From IMG/VR virus record IMGVR_UViG_3300044557_000281, positions 1 to 64,000 of that record: a stretch of DNA of 64,000 nucleotides. The stretch is one strand, 5' to 3'. The notes under the pieces were generated by a model. The model did no database searches. It was not told where the DNA came from and saw only the letters and a list, made by a program, of their open reading frames with translations. The position numbers were made by a program, and so were the translations under genes. The DNA is from a virus. Lineage: Duplodnaviria; Caudoviricetes. Shown here one piece after another: positions 9,605 through 19,680 of the stretch (positions are counted from its first letter, which is position 1; each line of letters begins with the position of its first letter).

Positions 9605-9771
9605 AGATGAGTAAACAAAACTAAGGAGGAAACAAAATGAGCACAACAGAAGTAATGAGCATTCAAAAAGGGTTAAATACCTTAAAAGTATTAGACGATC
9701 GAATTTCTCGTAAGATTTAACTGTTTACACAAAGATTAAAGTAGCACAAGGCTGTGTAGTCAGCACAGTAA

Positions 9772-9844
9772 GCCGAATTAGTTCAGTTGGTAGAACGCTT
9801 GATTTGTAACCAAGAGGTCGGAGGTTCAACCCCTTCATTCGGCA
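9772..9844 (+). tRNA. tRNA-Thr(UGU)
   Basis: GCCGAAT/ATTCGGC acceptor; D-loop AGTTGGTA; loop TTTGTAA; TTCAA T-loop. Confidence 0.85.
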
Positions 9845-9849
9845 TTCAC

Positions 9850-9941
9850 ACTTCTTTAGCTTAATGGTAAAGCACCCGGTTTATGCCCGGCATATGTCCC
9901 CAGATTAGGGAGTAATGTAGGTTCAAGTCCTACAAGAAGTA
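9850..9941 (+). tRNA. tRNA with UAU (Ile) anticodon and long variable arm
   Basis: ACTTCTT/AAGAAGT acceptor; CCGG-TTTATGC-CCGG anticodon arm; TCCC-n-GGGA variable hairpin; GTAGG-TTCAAGT-CCTAC. Confidence 0.6.
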
Positions 9942-10020
9942 TAGTAAGCACGGCTGTAAGGCGCTGTATCAGTGCTCGAGCTAGAAAGGCTATCCAACCT
10001 AAATCTAGTGCTTACTAACT

Positions 10021-10092
10021 ATTACTATAGCTTAACGGATAAAGCAATCGCCTTCTAAGCGATAAATCTGTGTTCAATTCACAGTAGTAATG
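10021..10092 (+). tRNA. tRNA-Arg(UCU)
   Basis: ATTACTA/TAGTAAT acceptor; ATCGC-CTTCTAA-GCGAT. Confidence 0.85.
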
Positions 10093-10207
10093 TCAAGTGC
10101 TTACTTATGTTATGCTCAATATAAGTGAGTCACTACAGGTTTATGAAGCTGATGTCTATCAGAAACGGTTGACCTTTTAGTAAAACGAACCGTTAACACA
10201 ACAACGT

Positions 10208-10503
10208 AGCTTATAGTTCAATTGCAGAACGACACACGGATAATTTCTTAATATGTTTCTCATATTTTTTCCTTTTATATTAAAGTAATACTAGAACCGT
10301 AGGGACTACGGGGATAGCCTAATCAATATAGATAACCTCTGGAGCTATAAAAAATAGCTCTAAGTCAGTCTAGTTCTTAGGAATCCCCACCTTCAATTTT
10401 CTTTGAAAATAAGGTGGGGTAGTTCAATTGATTACTTACACTTCCGTTTTGTTTCTATTTTCCACCGTGTGTAGATGGTACCTTGCGATAGGTGCCTAAG
10501 CTG
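10208..10503 (+). ncRNA. tRNA-like scaffold with a large insertion in the anticodon loop
   Basis: AGCTTA/TAAGCT, D-arm GTTC-AATTGCA-GAAC, ACACACGG/CCGTGTGT stem, T-like arm GGTACC/GGTGCC. Confidence 0.35.
10279..10427 (+). mobile_element. Orphan IS200/IS605 right end / omegaRNA copy
   Basis: 10293-10427 is identical to the reverse complement of 45189-45323; ends TCAA; TTTAT lies just 5' (10274-10278). Confidence 0.8.
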
Positions 10504-10570
10504 TTTTTGGTGACCAAATACACCAAAAACCAAAAAGTTCTTTCATAGGACACCTCCTTAGATAATGAGG

Positions 10571-10648
10571 TTCTTTAGTTACTGGTGTAACGAATTTAGT
10601 TTCTTGGCATGGAGATTAAAGGACTTGGTTCGATTCCAAGTAAAGAAA
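10571..10648 (+). tRNA. Atypical/pseudo tRNA (anticodon possibly GGC)
   Basis: TTCTTTA/TAAAGAA acceptor and CTTGG-TTCGATT-CCAAG T-arm; anticodon arm irregular. Confidence 0.4.
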
Positions 10649-10902
10649 TTGGTTGTTTAGTGTTACTGTAATCGAAACTAGTTACTCAAATAGCTAGTTT
10701 CATGATAGATTGTAGTGATAGGGAACAACTAAATATTTATTTAATAAACGATAACTGAATAGCAAAAAAATGTAAACCGTGTAGGGTTGAAACTATCTAC
10801 GGTTTATTTTTTTTGTGTTATTTATTTCTATATTATGTAATGAGATTGGGTCGTGAAACCTAGTAAAATATGGTATAATGTAGTAAAGGGGTTGGTCATG
10901 AA

Positions 10903-11370
10903 ATGCTAAACATGATTGTGGCTGTAGACACAGCCGGTGCTATTGGATATAAAAATGAGTTATTGTTCCATTCAAAAGAAGATATGCAACACTTTAAACG
11001 AACTACACTAAATCGTACAGTCGTAATGGGAGTGAATACGGCAAAGTCATTGCCTAAATTCCCCTTACCAAAAAGAAAAAATATAGTATATGGTAGAAAG
11101 CCTGTAGAAGGCGCTTATGCAGAGTACGCCATGTATAAAGAAGATATTATTAAATTAGCTAAAAAGGAAGAAGTTTATATTATAGGGGGCGGACAAACGT
11201 ATCGTGCCTTTATGAAGTATGCGGACGGCTTAATTGTAACCATATTCAAAGATAAAGCAGAACAAGCAGATACTTATTTTCCGGAAATAGACCATTCCTT
11301 ATTCAAATGGATAGATACATTACCACTGAAAGATAACAAAGGAGAGATTCATACTTTTATCAGGAGATGA
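10903..11370 (+). CDS. dfrA: Dihydrofolate reductase
   Basis: MIVAVD..GAIG..NEL; DMQHFKRTT..RTVVMG; LPKRKNIV; IIGGGQTY; ADTYFP. Confidence 0.92.
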   Translation: MLNMIVAVDTAGAIGYKNELLFHSKEDMQHFKRTTLNRTVVMGVNTAKSLPKFPLPKRKNIVYGRKPVEGAYAEYAMYKEDIIKLAKKEEVYIIGGGQTYRAFMKYADGLIVTIFKDKAEQADTYFPEIDHSLFKWIDTLPLKDNKGEIHTFIRR

Positions 11371-11374
11371 TGGC

Positions 11375-11668
11375 ATGAGTAGAAGTTACAGAAAGCACCC
11401 TTGCAATAAGAAATTGTATTCCTTTGGCAAGAGTTATAAAGAAGACAGAGTGCTGGGTGAACGACAATATAGACGTAAACTAAATCAAGGGTGTTTTGAT
11501 GAGTTACCACCACAACGAAAAGATTATAGACGGGTTGGCTATGACTTGTGTTGGCAAAATGACGTTGTGAAGAGTTACTGGATAGGTTTGATAAATGACG
11601 AGCCAGCAAGCAAATATAGTAAATTAACGAACCGAGAAACATTTTTTAAATATTATTACAGAAAGTAG
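11375..11668 (+). CDS. Hypothetical basic protein
   Basis: MSRSYRK-type small phage ORF. Confidence 0.6.
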   Translation: MSRSYRKHPCNKKLYSFGKSYKEDRVLGERQYRRKLNQGCFDELPPQRKDYRRVGYDLCWQNDVVKSYWIGLINDEPASKYSKLTNRETFFKYYYRK

Positions 11669-11727
11669 TTGACTTAACACTATTAATTCTGTATACTAAG
11701 GGTATAACAAATAAGGGAGTTGTTCAA

Positions 11728-12354
11728 ATGGAAAAGAAGAACATGAAACGTAAAGTAGCAATCGGGGCAATCGCATTATCATTAGTTGGGGGCGGTACTG
11801 GATTAGGTGTATTAGCTGGTTCGGGTAATGACGACCCAATTACAAATGTACAAGTTTCACGGAATAATTTTGATACAGTCGTAGACGCTTATAAACAAGC
11901 TTTGACTGACCAAGCAACAGCCACAACAGATAAAGAAAATGCGATTAAAGCGCAAACAAAAGCTGAATCAGACTTGGCACAAAAAGAACAAGAGCTTACT
12001 GAATTAGGTCACCAAGTAAATGACTTGCAAAATAAATTAGCACAAGCAGAAGACAATACACAAGATGAAGCTACTATCCAATCATTGCGTGATAACATTC
12101 AACAATTACAAGACCAAATGGGTGAAAAAGACCAAGAGATTAATGCGTTGAAAGACCAAATTAATCAATTAACTGCGCAATTAAATCAAGCTAAAACAGA
12201 TTTAACAAATGCTCAAGAAGAAGCACAAAAGAGAGAAGAAGAAATTCAAAACTCTAACGCAACCGATAAAGCAAAGTATGACGCATTAGCAGACGCAGTG
12301 AAAGTATTGCGTGACCATACCGACCAAGTAGTTGCTAATCTAGGTTTAAATTAA
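11728..12354 (+). CDS. Membrane-anchored or secreted coiled-coil protein
   Basis: N-terminal basic + hydrophobic segment, long Q/E/A heptads; promoter TTGACT-17-TATACT upstream. Confidence 0.65.
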   Translation: MEKKNMKRKVAIGAIALSLVGGGTGLGVLAGSGNDDPITNVQVSRNNFDTVVDAYKQALTDQATATTDKENAIKAQTKAESDLAQKEQELTELGHQVNDLQNKLAQAEDNTQDEATIQSLRDNIQQLQDQMGEKDQEINALKDQINQLTAQLNQAKTDLTNAQEEAQKREEEIQNSNATDKAKYDALADAVKVLRDHTDQVVANLGLN

Positions 12355-12438
12355 TAGCCTTTTGTGGTATAATAGAATAAGAGGGAACAAGTCCAGAACA
12401 TTCTTTCTGGGCTTTCTTTCTGTCCGAGGGAGGAAACT

Positions 12439-13305
12439 ATGCGTAAAGCAGATAGAGTTTTTAAAGAGAATTTACTTGCCATCTCTAATGAACATAATGA
12501 AACCATTAACAGCAGACCAAACTATGCAGATGGTTCCAGTGCAGAATCACACTATGTGACAGACGTATTTGAAAAATATGATTTAGCCAAAGGAGAAATT
12601 CCAATCACCTTAGCTAGAAAAATACCAATTAAATCAGCTATTCAAGAACTATTAGTTATTTACCAAGATAAATCCAATAAACTAGTAGATTTCGAGAAGC
12701 GTGGCATTACTTGGTGGAAGCCGTGGGAAGTAAAGGGTACTGGCACTATCGGTGAAGTTTATGGCAAAACGGTTGCCAACTATGATATTATAGATAACAT
12801 ATTACATGCTTTAGTGCAGAAGCCACACAGTCGCAGACATATTATAAACCTATGGCAGTACAAAGATTTAGAGAAGCCACATGGTTTAGTACCTTGCGCT
12901 TATAGTATGGCATTTGATGTACGCTATAATAAACAGACCGGACGATACCTATTAGACGCTTCTCTTACTATGCGTTCATCTGATTACTTAGTGGCTGGTC
13001 ACATTAACATGATACAATATGTGGCGTTACAACTTATGGTAGCTAAACATTGCGGTTATGACGTAGGGACGTTCTCACGCCACACTACGAACCTACATGT
13101 GTACTCTAATCAAGTAGAACAAATGAGTAGTGTTCTCTTACGGTTAGACGCAGATAGAGTAAAGAATGCTAAAGATGGAGAAGTAAAATTCTATTTAGAC
13201 GTTCCGGATAAAACATCATTCTATGATATAAAAGCCAGTGACTTTAAGTTAACAGGCTATGAACCCACAACCCCACAAATTAAGTTCCCTGATTTAGCAA
13301 TTTAG
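12439..13305 (+). CDS. thyA: Thymidylate synthase
   Basis: SRRHIINLW; LVPC; MRSSD; INMIQY; HTTNLHVY. Confidence 0.93.
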   Translation: MRKADRVFKENLLAISNEHNETINSRPNYADGSSAESHYVTDVFEKYDLAKGEIPITLARKIPIKSAIQELLVIYQDKSNKLVDFEKRGITWWKPWEVKGTGTIGEVYGKTVANYDIIDNILHALVQKPHSRRHIINLWQYKDLEKPHGLVPCAYSMAFDVRYNKQTGRYLLDASLTMRSSDYLVAGHINMIQYVALQLMVAKHCGYDVGTFSRHTTNLHVYSNQVEQMSSVLLRLDADRVKNAKDGEVKFYLDVPDKTSFYDIKASDFKLTGYEPTTPQIKFPDLAI

Positions 13306-13367
13306 CCTATACATTCAGGATAAACCCTGTTATAATAAAAACAGTTATTAAGAGAGGAAGATTTTTA

Positions 13368-13595
13368 ATGAAAAAGTTTTACGCTATCTTAGAGGGTAAA
13401 GAATCACATAAAGAAACCTATACTACCCGTAATCGTGTTGGTAAAGAGGTTACTAAGACAAAGAAAGTATCTGTAGGAAAAAGCTATAATGTTCCTTTAG
13501 AAGACGCTACAACACGTAGTGAAGCTGTACAAGACGCTACACGTAAAGCATTAAACATTGGCGCTTCTGTTTCTTTTGTCGGAAGCTACAATTAA
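13368..13595 (+). CDS. Hypothetical protein
   Basis: Strong RBS, 75 aa. Confidence 0.6.
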   Translation: MKKFYAILEGKESHKETYTTRNRVGKEVTKTKKVSVGKSYNVPLEDATTRSEAVQDATRKALNIGASVSFVGSYN

Positions 13596-13734
13596 GCACT
13601 TCTCCGAAATGAGACTAAACTATTAAATAACTAATTTAAGGTGGGCGCCTAAAAAAAATAATGAAACTTTTTGGATAATCTTTTTTCTAGTTGCAACGTC
13701 CACCTTTTATTAAATATAGAGTTAGAAAGAAGTT

Positions 13735-16700
13735 TTGTATTTGACAACAGCAACAACAGCATTAGCTACTAAGGTGGCTAAAAGAGATGGTCGGACTGTT
13801 AAGTTTACAAACAACCGTATCAAAAAATCTATTAGAAAAGCTTGTTTTGATGTTTCTTTAGGGGATAAAGAAACTAAGGAATTAGTAGAACGGGTAACAG
13901 AAACGCTTACCCCTCATATTAGCCAAAGACAAGAAATTTCAGTAGAAACCATTGAAGATTTAGTGGTAGAACAGTTAGAAGTGCTTGGTGCAAAAGATGT
14001 AGCAGAATCTTATCGTGTGTATCGTATGCAACGAACTATTGAAAGAGAACAACAAACAGATGTTACTCATGCAATAGGGAAATTAATTGCTAGGGATAAA
14101 ACGGTAATCAATGAAAATGCCAACAAGGACGCTAACACTATTCCGGCTAACCGTGATTTAACAGCAGGCGTAGTAGCAAAAGCAGAGGGGCTTAAAATGT
14201 TACCAAAACGTGTAGCGAATGCTCATTTAAAAGGGGATATTCACTTCCATGATTTAACCAACAGCCCTTATGATGTTAGTACCAATTGTTGCTTAATTGA
14301 TTTTAAGACCATGTTATCTAACGGGTTTAAGATGGGCAATGCTCAAATTGAATCACCAAAATCTATACAAACTGCCACAACAGTAGCTTCGCAAATTATT
14401 GCCAATGTAGCCAGTCAACAATTTGGTTAGGACACTTGCCGTTTTCATAGGTAACTATGATTATTATTACCGAGGTAACAACAGGAAGGCTGTAAAATGC
14501 TAACCCGAAGGGAAGGTTAAAAATAACATTTTAACCACATGCAACGCATAGATTTTGAAACTGGTTTAACCAGAATATAGTAAATCCAAGAGACCACGGC
14601 ACCCTAGATAATAGGGTGAAAAGATATGCTAAACTGGGTATGAAAGAACATACCAATGAAAATGAAGGAAACTTCCAGAGCTATAGATAATAACCTATAG
14701 GATAATAACAATTTGGGGTGCTCATTTGACCGCATAGACGAGGTGCTAGCCCCGTATGCAGAAATGAACTACAAAAAGCATTTAAGTGAAGCTAAGCAAT
14801 ATGTATTTCCAGAAATGCAAGAACAGTACGCAAAGAACAAAACTAAGAAAGATATTTATGACGCTTTCCAAAGTCTTGAGTGAGCATTCACGCCCAAGTA
14901 AAACTTATCTAAACAGGGAAACTCTTAATAAGACAATCCTGTACAAAGTATATTTTTTAATATATGCGTGCAACGACTATCGAAAACAGAAACTAATATT
15001 ACAGGTATTAGTGGAGAAGTGAGTAGAGTACAATTCAAGTGAATTGGAAAAGGTGAGGTTCTGTAAGTAACGATACAGAATATGATATAGTCTGAACTAT
15101 ATGGTGACATATAGAAGGTACAATCTAACGAATTGTATCGTAACATAATGATGAAGTAAATACTTTGTATACCGCTAACGGTTAAGTTTGGCTGTTATAA
15201 AACTATGTGAACCTATATTTGTAGGGTGTTTACTTAACGGTTAAGGAACTATAGGAAATGATAGTTAGTAAGTAAACTAACAGGGGAAGCTAAGGCAGTA
15301 GCTATGCTAATCCTGTGCTAAGCCTTAATAAAGGAAAGTGCAACGACTATCGAAAGCAGAAATCAATAAGAAAATTATTGGTAGGTAAGTGAGTAGAGTA
15401 CAGATTAAGTGTGAATCTTAACTGGAAGCGCATAGAGAATGAAATGAGTGAATCAAAACTAATTTGAACTTGTTTTGTTTTAAGATATAGTCTGGATTTA
15501 TGGAAACATAAAGAGGTGCTACAAACACCGTTTACCACGATTGCCGGTTTCTTAGGCACTAACTGGTTCGAGAGAGAAATACAAAAAGCAATTCTTAATG
15601 TTAGATTAGTTGGACTTGGAGCTGACAAAAAGACAGCAATATTCCCTAAGATACTGTTCACCCTTAAAAAAGGTGTAAACTTTTCAGCAGAAGACCCTAA
15701 CTATGATATTAAGCAATTAGCAATGAAATGTTCACAAGCAAGAATTTACCCTAAGCAACGTTGGGGCTTTATTAAGTAATTAATAAGTGATAATGTGGTG
15801 AACCTAGTTAAAGGGTGTCCTTAATAAGGGCTAACGGGCATAGCTGAATAACCAATAGGCTGATAAGAGAACCTAAGTCCTACATGGATAGTGGCAATCC
15901 CGTGCCAAGACTACTAATAAACATACATTTAATTTTAAACATAGGGAGTTGATTACACATGGAAAAAGATGAGTTATTACAGCTAGCAATAGACGGGTAC
16001 CTCAAGGAGGTAGAAACTATTACTTACATTGAATGCCCTGTCTGTCATGCAAAACTTACCTATAAATGGAAAAGTTCCCTACGCAATATTAAAAGTATAC
16101 ATGGAGCTAACTGCAGCAAATACTACCAGAACCAAGTAACTAAGGAGTTAGGCGAGCAAGCTTGTAAGAAATTCTCAAGCACATACCGTCATGCAAAAGA
16201 ACGTTGTACAAATAAAAACTCTAAAGATTATTACTGTTATAAAGGGAAGTGGGGATTTACTGATTATGTAGATTATCACTTTTGTTGCTATAGCAGTTTT
16301 AGGGACGCTTGGTTACGGAAAATAGAAAATATTTCTATTGATAGGATAGACGGGAATTTAGGCTATGAAAAGGATAATGTTAGGTTTATATCTATGGGGG
16401 ATAATTTAAGAAACAAGGATAGAATAAAACCAGTTATGGCTTTAAACATAGAAACTAATGAATGTCTTACAGCTAACAGTTTAGCTTCTCTTGTAAATAG
16501 TAATAGTACCACTTTTAAGTCGTTAAGTGCTATGCACCACCATCTTAAGAACGGTGGATTATACAAGAAAAAATGGAAAGTGGTTTATCAGTAGTAAGGT
16601 GTATCGACTAAATTGTGCATATGCACTAAGACCTACGAGATTAACACGTAGGGTAGCGCCACACACCCAAGAAATATTGGGTGATGATATAGTCAGGTTA

Positions 16701-18030
16701 AGTAGAAATGCTTAAAGAATAACGGACGTATTAAATTATGATAAACTTGTGGAAATTACTGGCTCATATAAAGCCAGCATGGGTTGCAGAAGTTTTTTAA
16801 ACAAATGGGTCAATGAACATGGAGAAGAAGTTCATGCTGGTCGTATGAATTTGGGTGTTATTTCATTAAACACACCAAGAATTGGGATTGAATCAGAAGG
16901 AAATGTTGAAACTTTCTGGGAACTTTTCAATGAACGATTAGACATTGTTCATGAGGGGCTACAATTCCGAATTAAACGTTGTAAGGAAGCGCAACCTAAG
17001 AATGCACCAATGCTTTATAAACAAGGTGCATTCGGTCATTACCTTACAGATGAGGATACAGTAGACCAACTGTTCGACAATGAACGAGCTACCGTTTCTA
17101 TCGGCTATATTGGCTTATATGAAACAATGACAGCTTTGTTCGGTAATCCTAATTGGGAAACCAATAAAGATATTTATGCTTTTTCTATCGAAGTAGTGAG
17201 ACGTATTGCTGAAAAAGCTGAAAAATGGTCTAAAGAAGAAGAAATCCATTATTCATTGTATGCCACACCAAGTGAATCAATGACTGACCGGTTCTGTAGA
17301 TTAGATACCGCTAAGTTCGGTATTATCAAAGACATTACAGACAAAGGTTTTTATGTGAACTCATTCCATTTAGACACACGAAAAGATTGGTCTCCAATGG
17401 ATAAGATTGATTTTGAATCACCTTACCCTAAATACTCTAATGGTGGGTTTATTCACTATGTAGAAGCAGTTATTCCTAAGCACAATCTGAAAGCTATGGA
17501 ACAACTTTGGGACTACTCGTACGACAAACTAGGATATTTTGGTGTTAATACGCCAATAGATAAATGTTTGAAATGTGGTTTCGAGGGAGACTTTCACGCT
17601 ACCGAGGACGGCTACGAATGTCCAGAGTGTGGGAATAATGACCCAGAAACCTGTGATGTTGTAAAACGACTTTGTGGGTTAACTTAAAGGCTCACATTAA
17701 ACTGTATAAATTGACGGGGACTACCTTAGAGCTTTTACTACTAACTTACTGTGGTGACACAGGCAAGGGCTAGCATAATTAACTAGGTATAGTAAAAAAG
17801 TAAAAGATTGGTAAATCCGCAACGAAACTTCACTACCGTCACATGTTAGTGAAGGACGCTCAACGACTATAATTACGGATGAGGTTAGTCAAACCTCATA
17901 AGGTATAGTCTACTCCCCTAATAAATATCGGGAAACCGAGGGTACTAAGGATTTAGGACAACCACAATTACGCCCCGAAGTTAAGGGAAGACGTAAAGAA
18001 ATAATGAGTCGGGTTAAACACCAACAATAA
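13735..18030 (+). CDS. nrdD: Anaerobic ribonucleotide reductase, 6 exons: 13735-14427, 14716-14881, 15151-15182, 15522-15752, 16725-17679, 17951-18030
   Basis: Exons sum to 2157 nt (718 aa + stop); ATP cone, HFHD, NCC, QFGGCS, EYEVNT..NGQTPF, YPDV, MGCRS, CxxC..CxxC, RLCGYLG. Confidence 0.9.
14428..14715 (+). ncRNA. Group I intron nrdD-N1 (288 nt)
   Basis: P1 UGGU/GCCG; P10 GGGUG/CACUU; terminal G. Confidence 0.85.
14882..15150 (+). ncRNA. Group I intron nrdD-N2 (269 nt)
   Basis: P1 CUUGAGU/GCCCAAG; P7 GACUA/UAGUC; terminal G. Confidence 0.88.
15183..15521 (+). ncRNA. Group I intron nrdD-N3 (~339 nt; 3' end atypical)
   Basis: P1 UAACGGU/GCUGUUA; P7 core; P10 CAAAC/GUUUG places the 3' junction after A15521. 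Confidence 0.75.
15753..16724 (+). ncRNA. Group I intron nrdD-N4 (carries HNH ORF)
   Basis: P1 CCCU/GGGG; P10 GACGU/ACGUU; terminal G at 16724. Confidence 0.88.
15959..16594 (+). CDS. Intron-encoded HNH homing endonuclease
   Basis: SIDRIDGNLGYEKDNVRFI...N; C-terminal NUMOD-like segment. Confidence 0.8.
   Translation: MEKDELLQLAIDGYLKEVETITYIECPVCHAKLTYKWKSSLRNIKSIHGANCSKYYQNQVTKELGEQACKKFSSTYRHAKERCTNKNSKDYYCYKGKWGFTDYVDYHFCCYSSFRDAWLRKIENISIDRIDGNLGYEKDNVRFISMGDNLRNKDRIKPVMALNIETNECLTANSLASLVNSNSTTFKSLSAMHHHLKNGGLYKKKWKVVYQ
17680..17950 (+). ncRNA. Group I intron nrdD-N5 (271 nt), splits the Tyr codon of RLCGYLG
   Basis: P1 UGUGGGU/GCUCACA; terminal G at 17950. Confidence 0.9.
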
Positions 18031-18108
18031 CACTTTACAATACCCTTGTGATTTGGTATAATGTCTATATCAAGTCACAAGGGTTATTTATTATAAGGAG
18101 GAATTTAC

Positions 18109-18420
18109 ATGATAGAAACACCAAAAGCTAGATTAATGAGTACGTTCGACAAGGCAATAGAGGATAACGTAGCGGTAGTGGTGGTCATTCGTACACCAGA
18201 TGATACAGTTTATCCAGAAATTATTATTCACCGACCATATAGCATTCCCGTAAAGAAAGCTTTTTACAACAAAGCTTATACAGATGAGTGTGTTCATGTT
18301 ATGAATGATAAAGTGCTTATTACAAATGCTTTACTAGTTGGTGATGATGTTACTTTAAGAGAACTGTATGCCGCACTTAGCTTTGCCACAGATGAAGGAC
18401 ACACTTTAAATGAAGAGTAG
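18109..18420 (+). CDS. Hypothetical protein
   Basis: RBS AGGAGG; overlaps the nrdG start. Confidence 0.65.
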   Translation: MIETPKARLMSTFDKAIEDNVAVVVVIRTPDDTVYPEIIIHRPYSIPVKKAFYNKAYTDECVHVMNDKVLITNALLVGDDVTLRELYAALSFATDEGHTLNEE

Positions 18421-19006
18421 TGCATGGTCAGCAGAAAAGTTATCGAAGCAATACATTTCCGATTATAAGTTTCCTACTACGGTAGACGGTGAAGGGATTA
18501 GAGGTTCCATTTATGTTTCTGGGTGCTTGTTTAACTGCGAAGGGTGTTATAATAAGAAGGTACAGAACTTTAAAAATGGTATGCCTTATTCAGACGCTAT
18601 TCAGGAACAAATACTAGCCGATATGGAGAAACCTTTCGTAGATGGCATTACCTTACTAGGCGGAGAGCCATTCTTAAATACACAAGTCTTAACGCCTTTG
18701 GTAGAAGAAGTCAAACGATTAGGAAAAAGTGTGTGGGCATGGACGGGCTATACGTGGGAAGAACTCATGGATTCAGCTACTACACGAGATAAATTACACT
18801 TGTTACAGCAAGTAGATGTGTTAGTAGATGGTCGATTCGATAAAACAAAGTATAATAATAAACTTGTTTTTAGGGGGTCGTGGAATCAGCGTATAATTGA
18901 CGTACCAGCCAGTCTAACTAAAAAAGACCTAGTTCTATGGCGTAATGGAGAATACCTCTTAAACGAGCTGAGAGAGCCAATGAAGGTGCATACAGTAGGG
19001 GAGTAA
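18410..19006 (+). CDS. nrdG: Anaerobic RNR activating enzyme (radical SAM)
   Basis: DGEGIR..IYVSGCLFNCEGCYN; LLGGEPF; VDGRF; FRGSWNQRII. Confidence 0.93.
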   Translation: MKSSAWSAEKLSKQYISDYKFPTTVDGEGIRGSIYVSGCLFNCEGCYNKKVQNFKNGMPYSDAIQEQILADMEKPFVDGITLLGGEPFLNTQVLTPLVEEVKRLGKSVWAWTGYTWEELMDSATTRDKLHLLQQVDVLVDGRFDKTKYNNKLVFRGSWNQRIIDVPASLTKKDLVLWRNGEYLLNELREPMKVHTVGE

Positions 19007-19008
19007 CT

Positions 19009-19407
19009 ATGGAAGAACGTAAAGAGAACTTAATTAATGCAATGAAGCGTGAACAAATAGGTGAGATTAAGGTACGGTCGATTAATAAACTAATCAGTAC
19101 GCTCACTGACAAAGGGAGCGTAAGTGATGGGAGTCATACATTCAGTGAGTTGTATTATCACAGATTAGTATTGTTTTCAGTCATTTGCCAAAGTCACCCT
19201 GAACTAGCGTGGAAATCTAAACAACATGATGATGGCACTATGTTTGACGACTACTTTGTGGTAGGGGTTAAAACACCTTTAGGAGACTACTCTTATCATT
19301 ATGAACTAAAATATTGGGATATGTTTGCGGTACCAGAATTAGACAAAGCACCTGTCTGGGACGGTCATACACCGGCAGATGTAACCCGACTGCTTAGCTT
19401 AATGTAG
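19009..19407 (+). CDS. Hypothetical protein (WDGH-motif phage family)
   Basis: HTFSELYYHR, WKSKQHDDG, APVWDGHT. Confidence 0.7.
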   Translation: MEERKENLINAMKREQIGEIKVRSINKLISTLTDKGSVSDGSHTFSELYYHRLVLFSVICQSHPELAWKSKQHDDGTMFDDYFVVGVKTPLGDYSYHYELKYWDMFAVPELDKAPVWDGHTPADVTRLLSLM

Positions 19408-19417
19408 GGGGAGTTCT

Positions 19418-19678
19418 ATGATGATACTTGTAAGTTTAATCACTATCATTTTCCAGATTATGCTAGTAACCTACTTATGGACTACCATGGTAGGTTATAT
19501 AAGATTTCTTAAGGAAATTTCAATAGCGGAGAAGATTGCCGGATTTATAGTCATGGTCACTGCTTCTACCACTATATTTAACGGCTTTCATTTAGCCCCT
19601 TCTATCTGCTCATTAATCTTAATTGTTTTATTCTGGAATAAAGCTTTGATGAACTTGGTAAACGCAAAGGAGAGATAA
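19418..19678 (+). CDS. Hypothetical membrane protein
   Basis: Three hydrophobic stretches. Confidence 0.6.
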   Translation: MMILVSLITIIFQIMLVTYLWTTMVGYIRFLKEISIAEKIAGFIVMVTASTTIFNGFHLAPSICSLILIVLFWNKALMNLVNAKER

Positions 19679-19680
19679 GT

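Noticed and set aside
9637-9720. Functional gene after the 9576 promoter
   Set aside because: Only 27 codons despite a strong RBS; probably a truncated remnant, identity unsupported
10208-10503. tmRNA
   Set aside because: No GGGG..CCA alanine acceptor with G-U pair and no recognisable tag reading frame
14786-16715. ORFs 14786-15022, 14925-15146, 15347-15661, 16363-16566, 16527-16715
   Set aside because: Off-frame or antisense readings across nrdD exons and intron cores
17657-17668. Third inversion site (GTTGTAAAACGA in nrdD)
   Set aside because: The 12-bp match encodes the conserved VVKR of NrdD, lacks the rest of the arm and is 44 kb away; probably coincidence
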